DNA from: an uncultured delta proteobacterium
GTDB taxonomy: Bacteria; Desulfobacterota; Desulfomonilia; UBA1062
Reading direction: 5' to 3'
Length of the DNA: 64,000 bases
NCBI GenBank assembly: GCA_963798485.1
Contig: CAWCTR010000007.1
Coordinates: forward strand, 288,001-352,000
Positions 8,938 to 18,613 of the stretch are shown piece by piece. How positions within the stretch are numbered: position 1 is the first letter of the stretch; each line of letters opens with the position of its first letter. The notes beneath the pieces are model-generated. The model saw nothing but the letters and a program-made list of their open reading frames with translations, searched no databases and was not told the origin of the DNA. The translations under genes were made by a program, and so were the position numbers.

Positions 8938-9095
8938 GTAGGTTAGGTTAAGGAACCAAACCCAACACATCCGAGTCAGCATGCAAAAAGTGGCTGAATC
9001 AAGGCGCATACGGGTCAATCAGGGTGTTTTATTTTTACATGATACCATGATGAAACTTGGTATTGTTGGGTGTCGCTTCGCTCAACCCAACCTAC
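8938..9095. repeat. Inverted REP doublet (REPIN/MITE-like element)
   Basis: GTAGGTTAGGTTAAGGAACCAAACCCAACA (8938-8967) and TGTTGGGTGTCGCTTCGCTCAACCCAACCTAC (9064-9095); GTAG-type REPs in inverted orientation. Confidence 0.75.
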
Positions 9096-9134
9096 AATGC
9101 TTGTATGAACCTTGGCTCCATATCATGCTGTCCG

Positions 9135-9776
9135 TTATGAAAGCGAAAGGGCTTTATTTATCCCGCTCCAGGCAAAGTAGACTGCAAGAAGAAGCAGGAA
9201 AACCGCACAAGTGCCTATGAGTGCCCGGTAATGGTTGTCGCTCAGGAACCTTCTCCCCTGTGCAATAGCCAGCGATACGGCGCTGTACCAGGCGAGATCA
9301 CCCAGGCCGTGTCCTATAAAGAAAAACACGATTCCTGAAATGCCGAATTGAGCGGAGAACAGGACATACCCGAGCCCTATGGTCGCCCACCATAGGCTCC
9401 AGTATGGGCTGGATATGCTGACGAGCATTCCCGTGAAAACGAGGTGAGGTCCGCCCTTGGTCTGCATGTCGGAGCGGATGCTCAGAGACGGGATGGACCG
9501 GAGCATTTGGGTACCCATCCAGGCAAGCATGACGCCCCCGATAATTGCTATTGCCGCAAAGACCCATTCCTGTTTGAGAAAAGGGGCCAGACCGAACATG
9601 AGCAGGACCACCAGTGCAAGCTCAAGCAGAAGGTGCCCCAGGACAAGGAGCGGTCCTGAGATAAAGCCCCTTTTCGTGCTCTCGCTTATGGTAACGCTCA
9701 TCAGAGGCCCAGGCATTGCCGCACCCGAGAGGGCAATGACAAAGGAGGTGACAAGGATGGTGATGAGTGTCAGCAC
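9135..9776 (-). CDS. LysE family translocator
   Basis: ALSGAAMPGPL, GHLLLE, SPYWSLWW; hydrophobic throughout. Confidence 0.92.
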   Translation of the reverse strand: MLTLITILVTSFVIALSGAAMPGPLMSVTISESTKRGFISGPLLVLGHLLLELALVVLLMFGLAPFLKQEWVFAAIAIIGGVMLAWMGTQMLRSIPSLSIRSDMQTKGGPHLVFTGMLVSISSPYWSLWWATIGLGYVLFSAQFGISGIVFFFIGHGLGDLAWYSAVSLAIAQGRRFLSDNHYRALIGTCAVFLLLLAVYFAWSGINKALSLS

Positions 9777-9855
9777 TTATCTTCAAACCGGTGTGGCTTC
9801 CGTTTCTTCTTTACCTTTATACCAGGTCCGGGTTGCTTTCAAGGATATATTCTTT

Positions 9856-10893
9856 TTAGGGTGCAAGGGCGGGGTCGAACCATCTGAGGATGGCGTCGTT
9901 CTCCTCGCGCGGGTATGCATGGGAGAGGTCTGGCACGACCTTGAGCCTCACCTCCGCTCCTGCCGAAGAGATTTCTTTGCATGCCTTCATGGCCCGGCTC
10001 ACCGGGAACATCCAGTCTTGTGCGCCATGCACCCAGTAGACACGCCTGTCTTTGGCAAGTTCGAGGCTGGCAGGCGGCAGCACGCAGGAAACCGGCGCGA
10101 TGGCCTTTGCCGGGCAATCTCTCTGAAACCCGAAGCCCAGGGCAAAGGTCCCGCCGTCGGATATGCCGGTCATGAGTATGAGGGTTCTGTTAATGGTAAA
10201 GCGGGAGCATACCTCTTCCATATGCCGGATCAACTGCTTCGCATCCATGGATATATCCGCGATTGACCAGGTCCTTCCAAGGGAGGATGGAGCCATAAGG
10301 ATAAAACCCCTGCTTCTGGCCTCGCGAAGCCAGGTCCAGAGGAAGTCCCTGCCGTGGCCATAGCCCCCATGCAGGGCCACGACCAGTGGCAGGGGATGAT
10401 CAGGGCTGTAGGATTCCGGCGCAAAGAGGGAATAACCGCCCCGGGCATAGGGGTCTTGGATGGAGTGAAATAGCTGCGTTTTACCGGGCTGGTATGGTAC
10501 TACTCCTGGGACTGACTCCTCTTCGAGGAAGTACCGGTTGATCTGGGGGAAACCATCACAGAGATCAAAGAGCACTTCCTGGGCCTGGCAATGTTTTCTC
10601 ATGGCCCTGAGAACAGACATGAAGGCCTGGATGGCATCGTCGCCCGTGCCGAAGATCCTGATGGAATCCAGAATGAGCGTATAGGCATGTGTGAAGATCT
10701 GCCGGGTATGCTCATCCATAACAGGGCTGTCATGAGCCAGGAGAACATGCCGTACTGTCTCAAGGGGATCTTCATGTGCAAGGAGCTGTTTCTTAAGCGC
10801 AGGTATGGCAAGGGGGTGGAGTTGTCGCATCGCCTTTTCCATGGATGTCATTGCCTTGACAAGGGTGGATGGAACGGCTGAGAGGTCTGTCAT
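9856..10893 (-). CDS. Phospholipase/carboxylesterase (alpha/beta hydrolase) with N-terminal helical extension
   Basis: VALHGGYG, GISDGG nucleophile, HGAQDW, SHAY. Confidence 0.85.
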   Translation of the reverse strand: MTDLSAVPSTLVKAMTSMEKAMRQLHPLAIPALKKQLLAHEDPLETVRHVLLAHDSPVMDEHTRQIFTHAYTLILDSIRIFGTGDDAIQAFMSVLRAMRKHCQAQEVLFDLCDGFPQINRYFLEEESVPGVVPYQPGKTQLFHSIQDPYARGGYSLFAPESYSPDHPLPLVVALHGGYGHGRDFLWTWLREARSRGFILMAPSSLGRTWSIADISMDAKQLIRHMEEVCSRFTINRTLILMTGISDGGTFALGFGFQRDCPAKAIAPVSCVLPPASLELAKDRRVYWVHGAQDWMFPVSRAMKACKEISSAGAEVRLKVVPDLSHAYPREENDAILRWFDPALAP

Positions 10894-12035
10894 GGGCGTG
10901 CCCTTTTCCGGGTAATTTTTCCCTTGAGCACTTTTGGATAGTAGATGCCCATATCATCCAAGATCCTGTCTTTGTCCGTGGTGTTCACTGCATAGGTGAA
11001 GGCCAGATCCGCACCAATGAAGGCCTTGTGGGCCTTGCCTGCATACAGGAACAGCCCGGGCCTGTTCTTTTCAGGAGGTTGGTAGATGCACGTCGGGTCA
11101 GACCACGGTCCTGAAAGCCTGGCGGAAGAACGCACTGCCACACAGGAGTCCATGAGACTCAGAGTCTGGACCTGCAGATAACCCTTGATGCGCGGTTCAT
11201 AGTGAACCGTAAACTCCACCTGGGCGGCTTTGATGACCGGCACCGGCTTCAGGTCTGCAGGCTTTGCATCCATCCAGCCGGCCGCTGTTCCCATCCACCA
11301 CTGGGGCCTTGCAAGGTCGCCCCTGGAAACATCCTTAAGGGGCCACCTGAGGAGATATGCCGAATTGTCCTTCCAGCTTGTGCTGAAGGCATAGAGGAAT
11401 CCATCCCTGATAAGTATGCTCGACGACCCGACGAGGATCTCCCCGGTGGCTGGACAGGCAAGATCGTGAGATTTCCAGGCACCGGGATCTTTGAGCGGAT
11501 CAGCGACCAATACGGCCTTCCACCCGTCAGGGGTGAACCCGAGTTCGCGCTTCGATGCACGGACCTTTACCAGGAAGATGATCAGCGCCCTCTTAAGAAG
11601 TGTCCCTGAGCCCGGCCAGAACCACTCATCTCCCTCTTCAGGGAAAAAGGATGCAGGAATGCCACTCTTTGTCTTCCAGGCGAATCTCATGGATGCCTTT
11701 GCCGGGTTCCTGCCCGACTGGACAGCGATGCTGTTCCTCACCAGCACGGCATCCCGCCTGGAAGGAGAGCCCTTTGTGCCGATGAAGCTGTCGCCGAAGA
11801 GCCACAGCGATTTTCGAGCGCCCAGATCGATTGATGATGCCCCGTCACCGCCCAGCCAGCAGGGGTCGCTCCTGAAGAGATTCTCCGCCTCCTCCCAGTG
11901 CCCCACATCGATGTGGAATCCCGGTCCTTCCGGCTTCCGGCCTGCCTGGAGCAGGGCTGGGAGCCACGCGAACAGGGTGCACAGAAAGACAAATGTAAGG
12001 ATAGATTTCCGAATGTATCTCTGTGTCGATCTCAC
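10890..12035 (-). CDS. Secreted DUF4185/DUF5005-like beta-propeller protein
   Basis: Signal peptide; WLGGDGASSIDL, LWLFGDSF, RNSIA, WPGSG, YAGKAH. Confidence 0.7.
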   Translation of the reverse strand: MRSTQRYIRKSILTFVFLCTLFAWLPALLQAGRKPEGPGFHIDVGHWEEAENLFRSDPCWLGGDGASSIDLGARKSLWLFGDSFIGTKGSPSRRDAVLVRNSIAVQSGRNPAKASMRFAWKTKSGIPASFFPEEGDEWFWPGSGTLLKRALIIFLVKVRASKRELGFTPDGWKAVLVADPLKDPGAWKSHDLACPATGEILVGSSSILIRDGFLYAFSTSWKDNSAYLLRWPLKDVSRGDLARPQWWMGTAAGWMDAKPADLKPVPVIKAAQVEFTVHYEPRIKGYLQVQTLSLMDSCVAVRSSARLSGPWSDPTCIYQPPEKNRPGLFLYAGKAHKAFIGADLAFTYAVNTTDKDRILDDMGIYYPKVLKGKITRKRARP

Positions 12036-12040
12036 CTGTT

Positions 12041-12916
12041 TCAGGTGATCCTCACCCGGTACTTCCTGACGAATCCTGTCGGGTTGTAGGAAAGCTTGGC
12101 CTTGCGCAGACCTTCATCACCCAGGTCCTGCTCCCTGTTCACCAGGGAATAAGACCGGTTATGTTCAAGAAACATCTGGTTAATGGCCTGATATATACCG
12201 GTATATTCAGGCAGACCTTTCTCGAAATGGATGAGCAGCACATCTTCTCTGAACACCTCTGCAACCGTGAACGCTGCAGGATTGGCATTAACATGAATAA
12301 TCGCACCCTTTATACCTGATAACTCACCCCAGGCCTCCAACACCCGCTTGATGCAACGGTTTTCTGCAGCCAGCAGTTCAGTTGACTCGCAGTCCCGCCA
12401 GGCGCACCATTCTTCCTGCATTGCAAGGACAGTGTGTATATGAGATGGCGTGATGTCCTGATACCCGAAGGGGTACTTCTTCTTGAACTGGTTTAACAGG
12501 TTCTTCTTGCGGTGGAACTTGTTGCCTGAAAGGTCCACGAGTTCGGATACGGTATAGAGATAGTCCCAAAGCTCCCGGGCCTCTTCTGCCCGTACCCTGC
12601 CGGGCAGCGTTGCAACCCATTGGAAAAGGAGTTCTTCAGGGACCCGGATAAACCCAAGCTCATACATTTCAGGATTATTGAAGACTCCGGCCCATGAAAC
12701 GCCATCCCAAGGTCCGATCGGCGCCCACAAACAAGGCCCATGCCTGGTTTGTTTTATCCATACGAGCCCGTTGTCCCATGCCCAGGAAAGGCCATATTCT
12801 TCAGCCCATGCCCATAAATTGATGAAGCTGTAATCGGATGCTGTCACGCTCGATGCCGATATGAGCTCGAGATATTCTTGCTGCCGGGAAAGTGAAATCG
12901 GTTCAAAGGCCAGCAT
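12041..12916 (-). CDS. Phosphatidylglycerol lysyltransferase C-terminal domain (DUF2156) protein
   Basis: DYSFINL, DLSGNKFHRKKN, IHFEKG, NREQDLGDEGLRKAKLSYNP. Confidence 0.9.
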   Translation of the reverse strand: MLAFEPISLSRQQEYLELISASSVTASDYSFINLWAWAEEYGLSWAWDNGLVWIKQTRHGPCLWAPIGPWDGVSWAGVFNNPEMYELGFIRVPEELLFQWVATLPGRVRAEEARELWDYLYTVSELVDLSGNKFHRKKNLLNQFKKKYPFGYQDITPSHIHTVLAMQEEWCAWRDCESTELLAAENRCIKRVLEAWGELSGIKGAIIHVNANPAAFTVAEVFREDVLLIHFEKGLPEYTGIYQAINQMFLEHNRSYSLVNREQDLGDEGLRKAKLSYNPTGFVRKYRVRIT

Positions 12917-13000
12917 GGGTTCTCCTCACTGCCGGGAGCATAATGTGACTATATGTCTGAAGTGTTGGATAAAGATCAATAGGGAATAGGTCTTTCCTGA

Positions 13001-14029
13001 TCACTGGGTTGTCTTATCCACGTATTCGGCGATCTGACCCATGATTGCAGTCATATCATCAGTCTTGAGCCTTAAAATGGTCATGGCATCTTTGTGCATA
13101 TGATACAGCATCCCGTCTATCCCTGAGCCGATACCGCTCATCATTGCAATGGCATCGGCCATATGCACTATGAAAGAGAGAATATCGCCCTTAGCCGGGG
13201 TAGGGTCATGGTGATGCCTGATGGCAAATGAAATCTGTGCCGGGATATGCCACTGCTCGCAGGCCTCCGAAGCAAGCTCGGCATGATCGAACCCGAGGAC
13301 GTTCTTTTCAGCATTCAGAAAGCTTTCTTTCCCCTCATTCACAAAGGCCTTGAAGGTGTCTTTGCGCTCTTCGATATAAGGGTCGAGGATGATCTTGCCG
13401 GCATCATGGATCAACCCGGCTGAGAATGCATCCTGCTCCAGAGAAGGGTTCACCTTGCGCGCAATGATCTGAGACCCGGCTGCTACGGCCAGGGAATGCG
13501 CCCAGAGCTCGCCGGCATCAAGGTCATAACCGGTTAATGTCTTTCCGAGGATCTCGGAGGAGCACGCGAGATTGAGGATCTCCATGAGGGTCTTTACCCC
13601 CAGTACAACTGAAGCGTGCTGTACCGAAGACACCTTTCCCGAAAGGCCATAGTAGGGGGAGTTGGCGATCTTCAGGATACGCGTGACAATGGCCTGGTCC
13701 GTCTCGATGACCTTGGCGAGATCAGAAAAGCTTGAAGAAGGGTTGGCTATAATCTCTCTTGCCTTCTGGGCCACCTGCGGCATGGGCGGCAGGTCTTTCA
13801 ATGATCCTAATATTCGTTTTTTGAGGTCTGCGCTGTCGGAAGGGGTGATATCCGGGGTTGATCCCCGATCTTTGTCCTTATCTGCCGGGGCCTGGGTTTG
13901 CTTATTCGGTTTCAGGATAATTGAACCTTTGCAGTTTGGGCAGGGTATGGTTACGCTTTGTGTTATACCTTGAAGGCGTTCATCAGGGATTATGTATTCT
14001 TTTGAACATTTAGGGCAGCGAATCTTCAT
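13001..14029 (-). CDS. Zinc-ribbon (MJ0042-type) plus HDOD domain protein
   Basis: CPKC...CPNC N-terminus; LPPMP, ILKIANSPYY, LWAHS, GLIHDAGK, HH. Confidence 0.9.
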   Translation of the reverse strand: MKIRCPKCSKEYIIPDERLQGITQSVTIPCPNCKGSIILKPNKQTQAPADKDKDRGSTPDITPSDSADLKKRILGSLKDLPPMPQVAQKAREIIANPSSSFSDLAKVIETDQAIVTRILKIANSPYYGLSGKVSSVQHASVVLGVKTLMEILNLACSSEILGKTLTGYDLDAGELWAHSLAVAAGSQIIARKVNPSLEQDAFSAGLIHDAGKIILDPYIEERKDTFKAFVNEGKESFLNAEKNVLGFDHAELASEACEQWHIPAQISFAIRHHHDPTPAKGDILSFIVHMADAIAMMSGIGSGIDGMLYHMHKDAMTILRLKTDDMTAIMGQIAEYVDKTTQ

Positions 14030-14180
14030 CTGATATACCCTCCGATGTCTTGTTCCCTCACCGGCTTTGCATACCGGGAAGGCAAATCCGGCGTATTATC
14101 AGTATGTCCGGTGATTCCTGGGATCATTCCATTGGTCATAGCATCTATCCCTGAGAATTTAATCATTTTGTCTGCGTGCA

Positions 14181-14618
14181 TCACGAAATTTTAATCTTGC
14201 CCTCGTCCACATTCAGGATCATGGTGCGAAGCTTGGTTCCGCCTATGTTTTCTATCTTTACGTCGAGTTTTTTGTCCGCAAGGATCTCCTTCACCTGAAT
14301 AATAAGCCCGGCACCTACATCGTTCTGATCATTCGATGAAAGCAATGAAGCCCCTCCGGCAATGGCTACCGACACCTTCAGCGGGATGCTTCTTTTCATA
14401 AATTCCTGGACGGCATATTCTATGACCGTATCGGCGAAGTACGCAGGGTTATCCGCCCGTTGCCCTTTTGATTTCCCCCTCAGCACATGGAACCCTGCTG
14501 CAAATTTGTGCTGGGGGTTATAGAGGATGACGCCCACCCCGGTGGCGATCTTGTCGATCCACAAGACCCCCTCGTCGGCGAATTCACATCTCATGGGTTT
14601 TACTGCTGTTGTCTTCAT
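14181..14618 (-). CDS. CheD-like protein lacking the catalytic cysteine
   Basis: GVILY..AGFHVL..NPAYFAD..IAGGA..NIGG..RT pattern typical of CheD; LGSC is replaced by IATG. Confidence 0.75.
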   Translation of the reverse strand: MKTTAVKPMRCEFADEGVLWIDKIATGVGVILYNPQHKFAAGFHVLRGKSKGQRADNPAYFADTVIEYAVQEFMKRSIPLKVSVAIAGGASLLSSNDQNDVGAGLIIQVKEILADKKLDVKIENIGGTKLRTMILNVDEGKIKIS

Positions 14619-14843
14619 ACCTTTTCTGGTACCTTCCTGTATCTTAACATCTTAAAATACCATTCAGTATTCAGAGCTATCACATATCAATTCGGGAGAC
14701 AAATTTTATTTAACCATAGATGGAATAGAGCAGGTCGGTTACATACTTGATGTCGATCCGGCGGAATTTCTTTTCGTCCCTGGAGAGATACATAAAGCTC
14801 TTTTTGCACGTAACGACAAACTGTTCTTTCACACCCATAAATC

Positions 14844-14872
14844 TTGACTTGACCCATGCCCATCGATACTAT
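14844..14872 (+). promoter_or_regulatory. Sigma70-type promoter
   Basis: TTGACT-N17-TACTAT upstream of the gene starting at 14941. Confidence 0.55.
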
Positions 14873-14940
14873 GGTATTCAAGCATCATGATATTTTCAGC
14901 GCTCCGGAATTGCAGTGATATTCATAACGAGGGGGGATAT

Positions 14941-15573
14941 ATGACCGAATCTTCAGCCAAGGCACTTTCAATCCTCAGGGACCCGTCCCAATTCCAGTGG
15001 TACCTTATCCCGCTGCTGCTCATCATCATCTACATCTATCACAACGAGGCACGGCACAAGAACTTTAACTCCATCTTTGCCGGCCTCGCCCTGTGGGGCT
15101 GCGACTGGTTCAACGAGATCTGGAATGCGCTTGTTTTCCACTTTACCCAGTTTGCCCCTGTATGGGGGGCGCCTGCCAAGACGGCATACCTCATCCTCAT
15201 CGGGCTCAATATCGAGATCTGCATGATGTTCTCTATTATGGGGGTCGCCACCACCATCATGCTGCCTGAAGACAAGGACATGAAGATCCTGGGCCTGCCG
15301 AACCGCTGGTTTTTCATGATCGCCTTCACAACCCTTTCCGTCATTGTTGAGATCATCCTGAATGCCATCGGCGCGCTCACGTGGGACTACTCCTGGTGGA
15401 ATGCCAAGGCGCCCTGGCTCATCTGGATCGCAGGGTACTTCTACTTCTACTTCGTGGCCTACTGGGTCTACGACATGAAGACCATCAAGGCCAAGGCCAT
15501 CACCGTCGGAGCCATCCTGGGTTTTGACCTCGCCTTGCTCATCGTGTTCATGGGCATACTAAAGTGGATATAG
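14941..15573 (+). CDS. Hypothetical integral membrane protein
   Basis: RBS GGGGG then ATG 14941; about 6-7 TM helices; coding-like codon use. Confidence 0.85.
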   Translation: MTESSAKALSILRDPSQFQWYLIPLLLIIIYIYHNEARHKNFNSIFAGLALWGCDWFNEIWNALVFHFTQFAPVWGAPAKTAYLILIGLNIEICMMFSIMGVATTIMLPEDKDMKILGLPNRWFFMIAFTTLSVIVEIILNAIGALTWDYSWWNAKAPWLIWIAGYFYFYFVAYWVYDMKTIKAKAITVGAILGFDLALLIVFMGILKWI

Positions 15574-15679
15574 AAATTTAGGTTCACTCATAATAGTGCT
15601 TAAGCTAATCCGGATTATGTCGAAGAGTATAATAGGTTCTTCAAGTAATTCCCCATAGAACCTCCTCATTTTACAGGCC

Positions 15680-18613
15680 TTAACCGGCCTGTTTTTTTTC
15701 ATAATATACTGCGGCTCGCGCTACTGACTCGATCGCAATGGCCGCTACTGCCGCTCCATAGTCAAGATCAATATTGGACATGTTGTCCTGAGTGTCGTGG
15801 TAGCCTACTCGACTAATGTCATAATCCTCCATAAAGAGCACCACCGGAATTCCCACATCAGAAAAGATCTGACCATCAGTGTTAAAAAGCGAACTACGCA
15901 TATCACGCGGAAGACGGACTTCTCCATGCAAGCGCGGGTGCTGGGCAAGCGCCGGAATAGTTAGGCCGTCGGAACTGCGATACCCGGGTCCGCTCTTGCG
16001 GCGCTCAAAGCGTCTGTTCCACTTTTCTATTCCCGTGTTCCATATCATATTTGCTTGGTGCGCCTGATATGCCAAGCTGAAAGATTGCGGACTAAGGCCG
16101 GGCGAAATCTGAAAAACATAGTGGTCATGATCACGGTTGTGGGCGATCATGTCGAGCACATAAATACCTTCGACCTTCACCCTCGATAGATCAACTGATT
16201 TTTGACCTGGAATACGCAACCTCAGGGAACGTTCCATCAATCCCTGTGCAAGGTGTCTTGCCCCTAAACAATCCGATGGGAACTCTTCGCCGGTCAGGTG
16301 CACCAGCCAGATGTCGCAATTTAATTGCCCGGCCTGGCTGAGCTGCATGAAAACCGGTGCTGAGAGCATGAGTGCAGCGGTTGCGGAGTGATTGTCATCC
16401 GCACCGGCAGAGGCGATGCGGGCAAGTGTGCCCCCGAGCTTTTTATAATAAAGATCTTCCATATAAGCCGTGTCGTAGTGATCGGCCATTATTACTGCGT
16501 GTCCGCGATCCTTTCCCGGGATCGTAATCAACAGATTGCGCTCATACTCTTTACCCGATTGATTGGCTGTCCAACCACCCATCCATGAAAAATCGAAATC
16601 AGTATGCCACTGAAATGGCAAATCACCTGCCAGGGCTTTGCCTTGCATCCCGTATTTGATGATGATCCTTCGATAGTAGGAAAGAAGCCAGTCACCAAGT
16701 GCACCCAGATCACGTTTCTTGTGCTTAAGTAGCCTTTGCGATGCTGAATCGGTTATGCAATCAGCAGTGTCTTTGTTGATGAAGCGACCTCTTGCCAGCT
16801 TGGCGATAGTCTTCCAGTATTCGACCTCAAAGGCGCGCTTTGCCGTGTATTGAAAAGTTATCGGTTCGGGCAATGAATGCAAAGACGTGTCGTCTTGAGA
16901 AGCAATGATCCTGCGCAAGGTGTTCTGCAGCAGGTCCCCATATGCATTCGGGCTGTTCCCTGCAGCTACCTGATCAAGCCACTCTTTGATGGTTTGATCC
17001 TTCGGGATATTCAGAATAGCCCTTGCAAAATCACTGGGCAATTCACTTCGACCCAAAAAATCAGAGACCTCCATGAGCTTGTGGACATTCAGTGCAACCT
17101 GGTGTTCGTGATGATCATAAGCCTTCTCATAACCGCGCATAGTTGCCAGATACTCCGGGCGATGTAACAACTCGGGCCAGAGCTCAACAGGCCTCGCCAA
17201 GCCGGGTTTATCGCTGTTATAAGCCGTAAGATATCCTGATGGCGCATCATTCAGCAGTTGAGGTTTGCGCGACCTTGGGCCAAGAAAGGCCACCAGGGGG
17301 AGATGCCAGAAAACCTCGTATTTTCCCACCCGCATCGGTGGGAAATAAAAACGGTAGCCGAACCTGCCACCTTTGCGCAATGCCTGGGCAGCGTTGATCA
17401 GCTCTTTACGGCCGGCGCGTGGCCCATCCAGAAGCAGTTCATACTGCTCGTTCCAGATCTGGGAGTTCCGTGCCATGGGCTTGCCGTAAAGTTCTACAAC
17501 CCCCGGGTCAGAGCTGAACAGCACATGTGCTAGACGGTCTTCTCCTTCGGATACAGCAAGATCATCCTGGAAGCGTTCAACGCGCTCCCAGCGATGGGTC
17601 CGCCGATAGGTGTTGCGCAACTTATCCTGAATTTGCCCTAACTCGGATTTATCGATTCGCGGTTCGTGCAACCAGCCTGACTGCGGAATTCGTAACCCGC
17701 GCAGTGCTTCATGACGTTCGCAGACGTTGAGCAGGGGGATCTGCATTGCCAATGGAAGTTCTCGCTGCAACTTTATAAAAGGGGGAGTACCCCAAAAGAT
17801 CAGGCTTTTGGGGCAGGGGAGAAGATGAAGATCACCTGCTAAATAAGCCTTCCGAACCTTTTGCGGCAAAGTCCCGAATGGCCGGAAGGTAAGGAGGTAT
17901 TTCACCCCCGTAAGAGATTCCCGCTCCTTGAACAGGAATGGTTTTGTCCAACTTGGCAAGGGGTCTTGCCGCCAGAGCCTGCAGTCCGTTTCTCCTGAGC
18001 CTTCCATGACACGGAAGCCTGTGCGGTGCAGATCGGTCAGCTGCTCTTTCGTCTCTTGGTATGCAGCCTGCAGTAACCGGCGCACGAAATCCAGGGCATA
18101 ATCGACAGGTCGTTCCCGGCCGGGAGCGTAATAGAAGCTCTTCCAGAAGGCGCGATCCGGTCCTTGCTCACTACTGCCAAAGAACGTCCAGCGCACGCGC
18201 CCCTTGTCATCTTGTGTTTTCGAGAGGGCCAGCGGCAAGAGGATCACATTCCGTTCATGTGGGAGATTATCAGATTGCCCGGCCAGCTCCTTAGGCCAGT
18301 AACAGTTCCCTTCGAGTTTGGTTCGGTTGATGCCATATGCCGGCTGTTCCTGTTCGAGATGTTGTAAAACGTGCAATACCTCTCCTGCTATGGACTGGAG
18401 ACCCGGTGTCAACTCAAGGGCCTGTTCACGTTCACTCACCAGCCAGTTAAAAGGGTTTTCGGGATTACGCGGCGCACGATGGTTCATTCCATATGGGCGC
18501 CACCCAATGCGCGGCGGCGGCATGAATTCGGAATAAGCCATGATTTGGGAATGCCCTTTCAAGCGATCATAGGGGACATCACTCAATATCTTTTCCCAGC
18601 CTTGCTTGGGCAT
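15680..18613 (-). CDS. Large M28 family metallopeptidase with a long uncharacterised N-terminal region
   Basis: RBS GAGGAGGT then ATG 18613; C-terminal ADHYDT, GADDNHS, GEEF, LDMI, YHDTQD zinc-ligand motifs. Confidence 0.88.
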   Translation of the reverse strand: MPKQGWEKILSDVPYDRLKGHSQIMAYSEFMPPPRIGWRPYGMNHRAPRNPENPFNWLVSEREQALELTPGLQSIAGEVLHVLQHLEQEQPAYGINRTKLEGNCYWPKELAGQSDNLPHERNVILLPLALSKTQDDKGRVRWTFFGSSEQGPDRAFWKSFYYAPGRERPVDYALDFVRRLLQAAYQETKEQLTDLHRTGFRVMEGSGETDCRLWRQDPLPSWTKPFLFKERESLTGVKYLLTFRPFGTLPQKVRKAYLAGDLHLLPCPKSLIFWGTPPFIKLQRELPLAMQIPLLNVCERHEALRGLRIPQSGWLHEPRIDKSELGQIQDKLRNTYRRTHRWERVERFQDDLAVSEGEDRLAHVLFSSDPGVVELYGKPMARNSQIWNEQYELLLDGPRAGRKELINAAQALRKGGRFGYRFYFPPMRVGKYEVFWHLPLVAFLGPRSRKPQLLNDAPSGYLTAYNSDKPGLARPVELWPELLHRPEYLATMRGYEKAYDHHEHQVALNVHKLMEVSDFLGRSELPSDFARAILNIPKDQTIKEWLDQVAAGNSPNAYGDLLQNTLRRIIASQDDTSLHSLPEPITFQYTAKRAFEVEYWKTIAKLARGRFINKDTADCITDSASQRLLKHKKRDLGALGDWLLSYYRRIIIKYGMQGKALAGDLPFQWHTDFDFSWMGGWTANQSGKEYERNLLITIPGKDRGHAVIMADHYDTAYMEDLYYKKLGGTLARIASAGADDNHSATAALMLSAPVFMQLSQAGQLNCDIWLVHLTGEEFPSDCLGARHLAQGLMERSLRLRIPGQKSVDLSRVKVEGIYVLDMIAHNRDHDHYVFQISPGLSPQSFSLAYQAHQANMIWNTGIEKWNRRFERRKSGPGYRSSDGLTIPALAQHPRLHGEVRLPRDMRSSLFNTDGQIFSDVGIPVVLFMEDYDISRVGYHDTQDNMSNIDLDYGAAVAAIAIESVARAAVYYEKKQAG

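Noticed and set aside
9457-10266. Long alternative ORFs (also 48351-49136, 53894-54724, 52207-52908)
   Set aside because: They lie antisense to well-supported genes and have no recognisable motifs.
14058-14100. c-di-GMP riboswitch candidate (GGCAAA/GCAAAGCC words) before the HDOD gene
   Set aside because: The words lie on opposite strands as a simple inverted repeat, and the GNRA/receptor architecture is not present.
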